64,000 nt of DNA from the NCBI GenBank assembly GCA_041695325.1, contig JBGFRC010000024.1, positions 17,271 to 81,270 of the forward strand, written 5' to 3'. Position 1 is the first letter of the stretch; every line of letters starts with the position of its first letter. The notes below the pieces were generated by a model that did no database searches, was not told the DNA's origin, and worked only from the letters and a program-made list of their open reading frames with translations. A program made the translations under genes and the position numbers. Of this stretch, positions 56,956 to 64,000 are shown in pieces. The DNA comes from Pseudomonadota bacterium (GTDB lineage: Bacteria > Pseudomonadota > Gammaproteobacteria > SURF-13).

Positions 56956-57150
56956 GAAGTCCGGCCTGCCTGCTGCAGGCAGGTCCTCCTTGCTGGTTGA
57001 GGACTTCAAAAAGCAAGTTTAGTCTTGCCTGCCTGCAGCAGGCAGGTTCTAACCCGTCGTGGGAAAGTGGGGGAACGTCAAAAACTTAGTTCATCTTTAA
57101 TCACGAGTGGGCGGTAGCCGCGCAAAGCGCGGTGTCGGCTCGAAGCCGCC
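56956..57150. repeat. REP-like palindromes: two CCTGCCTGCTGCAGGCAGG units within a larger hairpin, then a family B REP
   Basis: gaagtccggcctgcctgctgcaggcaggtcctcc...ggacttc and cttgcctgcctgcagcaggcaggttc are followed by ctttaatcac-gagtgggcggtagccgcgcaaagcgcggtgtcggctcgaa at 57093-57150. Confidence 0.5.
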
Positions 57151-57231
57151 CCCGCCTGCAGGCCGCTCGCGACGATGGATGGCATTAGGTAGAGCGAGCG
57201 ACATGCAAAAGTCCTGGAATGGACTTTTGCA

Positions 57232-58371
57232 TCAATTGGGCATCGGGCGCTCGCCCACCTTGGCGGACAGCGTGAAAGCCGCGCCGTTGCGCCGGCCCTG
57301 CAGCTCCACGCGCATACCCGGCGCGAGCCCCGCCACCAGGGCCATGAACGCGCGCGGCTCCTCTACCGTCTGGCCGTTGACCGCGCTTATCACGTCGCCC
57401 GGCTGGAGTCCGGCCTTGTCCGCCGGCCCGTCAGGCACAATGCCCGCCACGATGACGCCGCGCGCCTCAGCCAAGCCGAACGACTCGGCCAGCTCCGGCG
57501 TAATGACCTGCGCCTCCACACCCAGCCAGCCGCGTATGGCGCGTCCGTGCTCGATGATCTGGCGCATTACCCCGCTGGCGATGCTCACCGGAATCGCAAA
57601 ACCTATTCCGAGCGAGCCACCGCTGCGTGAATAGATCGCGCTGTTGATCCCGACCACCTGCCCCTCTGCGTTGATGAGCGCGCCGCCGGAGTTGCCCGGA
57701 TTGATCGCGGCGTCGGTCTGGATGAAATTCTCAAAGGTGTTGATGCCGAGGCGACTGCGTCCGGTGGCGCTCACGATGCCGAGCGTCACCGTCTGCCCCA
57801 CGCCGAACGGGTCGCCGATGGCCAGCACCACGTCGCCCACGCGCAGCTGCTCGGAGTCGCCGAACGTGATGACCGGCAATTTATCCAGGTCAATCTTGAG
57901 CACCGCGATATCGCTCTCCGGATCGCTGCCCACCACGCTCGCCCGCGCGCTGCGCCCGTCGCTCATCGTCACCTGGATCTCATCCGCCTCGGCGACTACA
58001 TGATGGTTGGTCAGCACATAGCCGTCGCTGCTCACGATCACGCCCGATCCGAGGCTGGTCTCCCTCTGGCGGCGCGGCGCAAGCAGCGGATTATCCCTGA
58101 AGAAACGCTGCATGAACGGATCATCGAAGAAGGGATTGCGCTGGATTACCAGTTTGCTGGTGTTGATATTCACCACCGCCAGCGCGGCCTTTTCCACCGC
58201 GCCGGCGTATGAAGCGGGACCGGGCACAGGCATAGACGGAACCGCGGCCTGCGTTTGTGGCGCGCGCGGCCTATCCGGCGGATCAGGCCACAGATAGACG
58301 ATGATGAACGCAGCGGCAAGGCCCGCTACCGCGGCCTTGACCAGGAAGGAAAGAAATTTTTTGATCTGCAT
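57232..58371 (-). CDS. DegS/AlgW-type periplasmic serine endoprotease (trypsin domain plus a single PDZ)
   Basis: 379 aa with an N-terminal TM, catalytic triad context (TNHHVV, DIAVLK, GNSGGAL), and one PDZ domain. Confidence 0.85.
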   Translation of the reverse strand: MQIKKFLSFLVKAAVAGLAAAFIIVYLWPDPPDRPRAPQTQAAVPSMPVPGPASYAGAVEKAALAVVNINTSKLVIQRNPFFDDPFMQRFFRDNPLLAPRRQRETSLGSGVIVSSDGYVLTNHHVVAEADEIQVTMSDGRSARASVVGSDPESDIAVLKIDLDKLPVITFGDSEQLRVGDVVLAIGDPFGVGQTVTLGIVSATGRSRLGINTFENFIQTDAAINPGNSGGALINAEGQVVGINSAIYSRSGGSLGIGFAIPVSIASGVMRQIIEHGRAIRGWLGVEAQVITPELAESFGLAEARGVIVAGIVPDGPADKAGLQPGDVISAVNGQTVEEPRAFMALVAGLAPGMRVELQGRRNGAAFTLSAKVGERPMPN

Positions 58372-58479
58372 GGTAGCTGTATGCTACCACGGCTTACGGC
58401 GCGGAGCGCCGTGCGCCGCAGTGGCCACCAGCGGGCGCATTGTTGCGGCTTATATCAGCTGGTTTAAAGCGGAGCGGCA

Positions 58480-59544
58480 CTATGCGCGCATCAGGCCATA
58501 GCGCCTGAGCGACCAGCGCACGGCGAAGAAGGCCATCGCGGCGATGATCAGGGTCACCGCCACATCAAAGATCGCGGTCATCGGCAGACGATAGAACTCC
58601 GGGCTCACCGCTCCGGAAATCCAGGTATAGCGCTCGATCCAGGTGCCAATGACTATCCCGGCGCCGACCGTGGTGATCACCGGAATACTATGGCGGTTGG
58701 CGGTGAACAAAAAAGTGGCGAACGGAATCATGAACTTGAGCGGGAAGAAGGTCCACCACAACGCGGCGTAACCGCCGCCCTGCTCCATGCCGGCGTAAGG
58801 CACGCCGCCGTACATCATGTTGAAGAAGCGCAGCGTGTTTTCCGGCAGACGTCCGTACCAGAAGATCAGGAACTGGGTGAAAAACAGATAGGTCCACAGG
58901 ATGGTGAACGCGAACATCATCTGCGCCAGATAATTGAACACATGCTCCGGAACCGGGCTGGCGAGCTTGCCGGAGCGGTGCAGGAAAAACAGAAACACCG
59001 TGAAGAAGCCCAGGAACAGATGGAAATTGCTCACGAAGTGATAGGCGCCGTAGCTCGCGCTGTGCCACAACGGCACCATGGTCATCTCGAAGTCCCACGC
59101 CACCAGGGTGGCGTACGGCACATAGGCAAAGGGAATGAGCAGCGCGATGTTGCGGAAACGGCGCTGCGCCGCATAGGAGCTATCCACTTCGCTTTGATGC
59201 TGGTATTTGATGAACAGCCCGAACAAACCGGCCACGATCAGGAAGGCGATGATCTGGCGCGCCGCCAGGAAGGTGTAATTGTGCCAGCCGGGCAGGTGGT
59301 GCTCGCCTTCTTCCGCGTGCTTGAGCCACTGGAAGGTGTGCTCGCCGTTAAACAGCAGGACCAAGAGCAGCACGAAGGCGATGGGAAACAGAACCGCGAG
59401 CGATACCGCGAGTTTGCGCACGTAAAAGCGCCACTGCGCGTTCGCCATGTGCAGCAGCGAGCACAGCAGCACGCCGCACACCGCAATGTAGAGTATCACC
59501 AGAAAATTGGTGGTTAAAACGGACCAACTGCCAAAGCTTTGCAT
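58480..59544 (-). CDS. actF: alternative complex III subunit ActF-like polytopic membrane protein
   Basis: 354-aa protein with about 10 TM segments, last gene of the act-like operon. The assignment rests on operon context and topology. Confidence 0.55.
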   Translation of the reverse strand: MQSFGSWSVLTTNFLVILYIAVCGVLLCSLLHMANAQWRFYVRKLAVSLAVLFPIAFVLLLVLLFNGEHTFQWLKHAEEGEHHLPGWHNYTFLAARQIIAFLIVAGLFGLFIKYQHQSEVDSSYAAQRRFRNIALLIPFAYVPYATLVAWDFEMTMVPLWHSASYGAYHFVSNFHLFLGFFTVFLFFLHRSGKLASPVPEHVFNYLAQMMFAFTILWTYLFFTQFLIFWYGRLPENTLRFFNMMYGGVPYAGMEQGGGYAALWWTFFPLKFMIPFATFLFTANRHSIPVITTVGAGIVIGTWIERYTWISGAVSPEFYRLPMTAIFDVAVTLIIAAMAFFAVRWSLRRYGLMRA

Positions 59545-59559
59545 GATGACCCCTCTAGA

Positions 59560-60117
59560 TTACTGCGCTTGAGCCTGTTGTGGAGCCGGTGCGGCTTCGG
59601 CCTCCCCGGTCAGGGCGTGTTTGACGTAGTTTACAACGTGCCAGCGCTCCTCGACGCTCAAGTCGTTGGAGCCGGTCTGCCCTTCGCGCTTCTGCGGCGC
59701 GCCGTAGGCCGGCATGATGGCGCTGCCGAAGGTGATGGTGCCGAACAGCCAGCCTTCGCTGAGCTGCTTTTGCACGTAGTCATCGGTGAGCGGGATGGCG
59801 CCGATTTTTTCCGCCACCGGCGAATCGGCCTGACCGGTGAGTCCGTGGCAGGCCGCGCAGTAAATGCGAAACAGGGTGCGGCCCTTATGCAGCGACGCGT
59901 CACTGACCGGTATCGGGTTGGCGAGGTCCTTGGTCTCCTCGCGGCTGTTGTACGGCGTCGGTATGCCCTGTACCGGCACGGAATGTTTGGGGAACGGCTT
60001 GGGCGCGCCCTCCTGCGGCTTCACGCTGGGCTGGTTCATCATGTCCTGCGACCACGGCCAGGCATAGGCCAGCGCCGGGATAAGCAGCGCCACAAAGATC
60101 GGAGCGCGCATTTTCAT
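59560..60117 (-). CDS. actE: mono-heme cytochrome c (ActE-like)
   Basis: Start MKMRAPIFVALLIPALAYA within ORF 59560..60417, with a signal peptide and a single CAACH motif. Its ATG overlaps the actD stop (ATGA). Confidence 0.65.
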   Translation of the reverse strand: MKMRAPIFVALLIPALAYAWPWSQDMMNQPSVKPQEGAPKPFPKHSVPVQGIPTPYNSREETKDLANPIPVSDASLHKGRTLFRIYCAACHGLTGQADSPVAEKIGAIPLTDDYVQKQLSEGWLFGTITFGSAIMPAYGAPQKREGQTGSNDLSVEERWHVVNYVKHALTGEAEAAPAPQQAQAQ

Positions 60118-60644
60118 TTCACCACCTCTTCCCTGATTTCCAGCACCTTGTGCGCGCGGAACAGATTCTTTGCGGCCTCCACCTGGTTTTGCTCCAGCTC
60201 CAGAATGATGCCGATTTGATCCAGGCTCACCTTTTCGCTGTACAGCGAGCCGGGCCTGGACGGCAGGCGCGAGCCTATCAGAAATCCGAGCAGGGTGAAC
60301 AGCACGCTGCCCAGGATCATCATCTCGTAATTCAGCACGAAGTTGGACACCAGTGTCACCACCGGCTTGCCGCCCTGCGGCTGCACCAGAAACGTGGCCT
60401 GGGCGGAGGAAATCCACAGCCAGCTGCCGATCAGGCCGAACAGGCCGCCGAACAGGGTGAAAAACTGCACATACACCGGGCGGTCGCCCAGCGCCTCTTC
60501 CACCTCCGGGTGTTCGATGGGCGAGATCAGGGTCACGTCATCCACCGATACGCCGCGCACCTTATCGGCGCGGATGTCGTAAATCGCGTTGGTCGCCTCG
60601 TCGAAGTTGCCGAACAGGCCCAGGATGCGATGGGTTTTCTTCAC
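60114..60644 (-). CDS. actD: ActD-like membrane subunit (DUF3341-type)
   Basis: 176 aa with two TM segments, positioned between the NrfD-like and cytochrome c genes. Confidence 0.6.
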   Translation of the reverse strand: MKKTHRILGLFGNFDEATNAIYDIRADKVRGVSVDDVTLISPIEHPEVEEALGDRPVYVQFFTLFGGLFGLIGSWLWISSAQATFLVQPQGGKPVVTLVSNFVLNYEMMILGSVLFTLLGFLIGSRLPSRPGSLYSEKVSLDQIGIILELEQNQVEAAKNLFRAHKVLEIREEVVK

Positions 60645-62059
60645 GGGTTGCCCTCCTTCTTCATGCTGAGGCCGTGCGCCGGCTGCACGCCGCCCGCGTG
60701 CGCCATGCCTTTCTCACGCGCGCGCTTGCGGTGATAGACCATTTCCTTCACCTCGTACATCGAAACCGACGGGAAGATCTTCACGAACACCAGGAACAGC
60801 AGACCGAACCAGCCGAAGCTGCCGAGCACGATGGCCCAGGAGGTGATCGTGGGCCACATCACTTCCCAAGCCCAGGGGTAGAACGACTGGGACAGCGTGG
60901 GCGACACGATCATCCAGCGTTCCAGCCACATGCCGACGTTGAGCAGGATGGAGACCACCATCATGGTGGGGATGTGGCGGCGCAGCTTCTGGAACGCGAG
61001 CGTGAACGGCAGCACCGAGCCGAAGAACATCATGCTCCAGAACGCTGGCGCGTAAGCGCCGGTCATCTTGCCCCACAGCACTTCCTTGGCGTACACGTCG
61101 TGCCCGTACCACACCGAGGCGAACTCGACCAGGTTCAAATAGGTCCACATCATGGCGATGGCGAAGGTGAGCTTGCAAATCTTTTCCAGGATCGCCAGCG
61201 TCATGTACTCCTCCCAGCGGAAGTAGTAGCGCAGCAGGATGAACAGCGTGATGATCGCCGCGCAGCCCGAATACAGCGCGCCCGCCACGAAGTACGGCGG
61301 GAACGTGGTCACGTGCCAGCCGGGCATGATGGACATGGCGAAGTCGGACGATACGATGGAGTGCACCGACACCGCGAGCGGAATCAAAAAGATCGCCATC
61401 AGCATGTAGGCCTTGCGGAACACGCGCCATTGGCGGTCATCGCCGCGCCAGCCGAGCGACAGGATGGTATACAGGCGCTTGCGCCAGCCCGTGGTGTTGT
61501 CGCGCGCAATGGCGAGGTCGGGCAGCATGCCGACGTACAGGAACAGCGCGCTCGAGGTGAGGTAGGTCATGATGGCGAACCCGTCCCACGACAAGGGCGA
61601 GCGGAAGTTGGGCCAGGTGCCGCGCGCCGGAATGTAGGGTATGACCCAGTAGAAATTCCACAACCGGCCCAGGTGGATCACCGGGAACAGCAGGGCGGTC
61701 ATGAGCGAGAAGGTGGTCATGGCCTCGGCAAAGCGGTAGATCGGCTTGCGCCAGTCGGCGTGCACGATGTGCAGGATCGCCGACAACAGCGTGCCGGAGT
61801 GGCTCATGCCGATCCAGAAGATGAAGGTGGCGATATACAGATTCCACATATGCGGGTGATTCTTCGCCATGCCCAAACCGTACCGGTATTGCAGCACCGC
61901 CGCGGTGATGCCGATGGCGAGCAGCACCAGGCAGCCGATCACGGTGTACCAGTATCCGCGGCGCGGATTCTCCAGACTCTTCAGGACATCCCTGTTGATC
62001 TGCGCCCAGGCGATGTCGTCGCGGATGTCCTTGTCGTGCTGTAGTGCGGCGTCTTTCAT
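60641..62059 (-). CDS. actC: NrfD/PsrC-family quinol-interacting polytopic membrane subunit (ActC-like)
   Basis: 472-aa protein with about 10 TM segments, of the polysulfide reductase NrfD family, downstream of a 4Fe-4S subunit. Confidence 0.8.
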   Translation of the reverse strand: MKDAALQHDKDIRDDIAWAQINRDVLKSLENPRRGYWYTVIGCLVLLAIGITAAVLQYRYGLGMAKNHPHMWNLYIATFIFWIGMSHSGTLLSAILHIVHADWRKPIYRFAEAMTTFSLMTALLFPVIHLGRLWNFYWVIPYIPARGTWPNFRSPLSWDGFAIMTYLTSSALFLYVGMLPDLAIARDNTTGWRKRLYTILSLGWRGDDRQWRVFRKAYMLMAIFLIPLAVSVHSIVSSDFAMSIMPGWHVTTFPPYFVAGALYSGCAAIITLFILLRYYFRWEEYMTLAILEKICKLTFAIAMMWTYLNLVEFASVWYGHDVYAKEVLWGKMTGAYAPAFWSMMFFGSVLPFTLAFQKLRRHIPTMMVVSILLNVGMWLERWMIVSPTLSQSFYPWAWEVMWPTITSWAIVLGSFGWFGLLFLVFVKIFPSVSMYEVKEMVYHRKRAREKGMAHAGGVQPAHGLSMKKEGNP

Positions 62060-62069
62060 GGCGCTCCCC

Positions 62070-62930
62070 TTAAGCCAGCTCTTCGCGCACGCGCTCGAGA
62101 TACATCACCGACGGATCCACGTTGAGCTCCTCCAGCACGCGGTAACCGCGCAGCTCCGGGTGCTCCTTGTCTTGCTTATGCAGCGGTCGGCCCTTGTCGT
62201 CATGACGCCTGACCTCGTGTCTGGCCCACAGCTTCGCCACCTCGCTCTCCGGGTCCATCAGATCGCCGAAGGTGATGGCGCTGGTCGGGCAGGCTTGGGC
62301 GCAGGCGGTGGTGAATTCGCCGTCCCTGAGTTTGCGGTTTTCCATCTTGGCCTTGTCTTTGGCCACGCGGATGCGCTGCACGCAGAAGGTGCACTTTTCC
62401 ATCACGCCCTTGTCGCGCACGGTGAGGTCGGGGTTGAGCTGGAGGTTCAGCGGCTCCGGCCAGGAGGACTCGTAATACGACCAGAAGTTGAAATAGCGCA
62501 CGCGGTACGGGCAGTTGTTGTTGCAATAGCGCGAGCCGATGCAGCGGTTGTACACCTGCGCGTTGAGGCCGTCCGGCGTATGATAGGTGGCCACCACCGG
62601 GCACACCGGCTCGCACGGCGCTGCGCCGCACTGCTGGCACAGCATGGGCAAAAAGTGCGCGCCCTGCTCCGGGTGCTGCTGCTCGGCGTAATTCTTGTCC
62701 CAGTAGCGCTCAATGCGCATCCAGTGCATGAAGTGACCCTTGGCGAAGCGCTCCTTGCCCACCACGGCAAGATTGTTTTCCGCGTAGCACGCGGTGGAAC
62801 AGGCGTTGCAGCCGATGCACGCATTCAGGTCTATGGCCATGCCCCAGCGGTGCTCGTAGCGTTGGAAGCCGCCTTCCTCGATGCCTTGGCGGTAACGCGG
62901 CCAATCGGTGACCAGGTTTTTTAATGACAT
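62070..62930 (-). CDS. actB: 4Fe-4S ferredoxin-type iron-sulfur subunit (ActB2-like)
   Basis: 286 aa with multiple Cys clusters (CIGCNACSTAC, CQQCGAAPCEPVCP, CIGSRYCNNNCP, CTFCVQR). Confidence 0.8.
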   Translation of the reverse strand: MSLKNLVTDWPRYRQGIEEGGFQRYEHRWGMAIDLNACIGCNACSTACYAENNLAVVGKERFAKGHFMHWMRIERYWDKNYAEQQHPEQGAHFLPMLCQQCGAAPCEPVCPVVATYHTPDGLNAQVYNRCIGSRYCNNNCPYRVRYFNFWSYYESSWPEPLNLQLNPDLTVRDKGVMEKCTFCVQRIRVAKDKAKMENRKLRDGEFTTACAQACPTSAITFGDLMDPESEVAKLWARHEVRRHDDKGRPLHKQDKEHPELRGYRVLEELNVDPSVMYLERVREELA

Positions 62931-63059
62931 ACGGTTCAGACTCCTGTTAAGCTGCGCTGGCTTGATCTATCATCAAGTTATGCCATCCTTGGCTGGACTT
63001 CAGTAAAACCTCTCAGCACGGCCCAGCCATCCTTGGCTGGGCGTTCGTTGCTTTGCAAC

Positions 63060-64000
63060 TCACCCTTCGGTGCGCCGGAACTGCTCGGCGGAAATGGTCG
63101 CCACCAGCTTGCGCCCGCGTTGCGAAATGTTATCGCGCCCGGCCTTGACCAGCATCCGGTGCTCGCCGGCAGGCACGGCCTTGACGCGCGTGCCGTACAG
63201 CGCCAGCTCGCCGGTTCTGGCATCGGTCACCGGATTTAAAATCCTGAGCGGATTGGCGCCGCGGTTCCTGGCGTAACGGCCGTACTCTTCATGGCCCTGC
63301 CCCATGGGCACGGCGACGGCGTGCGGATGCACGCCCTTGTGAACAAATACCTTGACCTTGATTGCGCCCTGCTCGGAGGCGATCTCCAGCACGTCGCCCT
63401 CTTCCACGCCGAGCTTGGCGGCGGTCACGGGGTGAATCTCGGCCCAGGAATCCCACACCACCTTGGTGATCTGGTCCGGGGCTTCCTGGATCCAGGGCAG
63501 ATTGGCGTGGCGTCCGTCCCAGAACGACAAACGCGGCGAAGGGATGAGCGTGAACGGATAATCGCCGCCCGTTGCAGGCGCAGAAAAGTGGAGCCCCCCT
63601 AACGATTTGGCCTGCAACGCGCCGCCCTTCACGTCCACTTTAAGCTGACCCTTTTGCAGCACGGACTGCCAGAACGCCTCATCCGATTGCCCGGCGCCGC
63701 GGTATTGCGCCGGCAAGCTCGCCACGGCCTGCTTCAGATAACCGTAATAATCGTTCCAGGCGCCGTATTTGGCTGCATCGCCCATCTTGAGCAGTCTGAG
63801 CAGCGCATCGCCCAGCCCCGGCGTGCCGGGATACAGCGTCTCCATCAGCGGCTGCTGCAAGCCGATCACCCCCTCCGGCTGATAGGCGGGCGCGTGCGTG
63901 CCCCAGTCTTCCAGATACGACGCGACGGGCAGGATGAGATCGCACAGTACTGCGGTTTCGTCCGGGAACGGGGTGAAAGCCACCTTGAACGGAATATTCT
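63060..64000 (-). CDS. molybdopterin-oxidoreductase-like subunit (ActB1-like), C-terminal part; the gene continues beyond the window end
   Basis: The frame stays open to the window edge (…NIPFKVAFTPFPDETAVLCDLILP…), which is the C-terminal region of a molybdopterin oxidoreductase-family protein. Confidence 0.7.
   Translation of the reverse strand, partial: NIPFKVAFTPFPDETAVLCDLILPVASYLEDWGTHAPAYQPEGVIGLQQPLMETLYPGTPGLGDALLRLLKMGDAAKYGAWNDYYGYLKQAVASLPAQYRGAGQSDEAFWQSVLQKGQLKVDVKGGALQAKSLGGLHFSAPATGGDYPFTLIPSPRLSFWDGRHANLPWIQEAPDQITKVVWDSWAEIHPVTAAKLGVEEGDVLEIASEQGAIKVKVFVHKGVHPHAVAVPMGQGHEEYGRYARNRGANPLRILNPVTDARTGELALYGTRVKAVPAGEHRMLVKAGRDNISQRGRKLVATISAEQFRRTEG

Overview
This is a high-GC (about 65%) gammaproteobacterial chromosome segment with Pseudomonas-like gene order, densely packed with housekeeping genes on both strands. 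In order it carries hemD(partial)-hemC-algR-algZ, argH, argB-algC, dut-coaBC, radC-rpmB-rpmG, an acyl-CoA desaturase, pyrE-chrA, xthA-ampG, metX-metW, ettA, glyA, the nrdR-ribD-ribE-ribBA-ribH-nusB-thiL-pgpA operon, nadC, sua5, purC, a Kef-type antiporter, ampD-ampE, pmbA, mlaFEDCB-ibaG-murA, a complete his operon (hisG D C B H A F I E), a HIT protein, tatABC, a ccp-ECF sigma/anti-sigma operon, degS/algW, and an alternative complex III (act) operon that runs off the window end. No rRNA, tRNA or CRISPR was recognised. The non-core content sits in intergenic regions. It comprises: at least two families of REP-like palindromic repeats; two copies of a ~150-bp MITE with 15-16 bp terminal inverted repeats flanked by TTAG; a hicAB toxin-antitoxin pair embedded in a REP/MITE-rich island after tatC; a divergent GNAT-DUF2156-HDAC three-gene module; a lower-GC orphan gene between pgpA and nadC; a recurring perfect palindrome GGAAnCTCTGA-N5/6-TCAGAGnTTCC; a triple-hairpin block between coaBC and radC; a heptamer microsatellite at the hisD/hisC junction; and a Shine-Dalgarno-preceded 21-codon uORF overlapping the hisF start. 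High GC produces many long antisense ORFs in the supplied track, which were disregarded.
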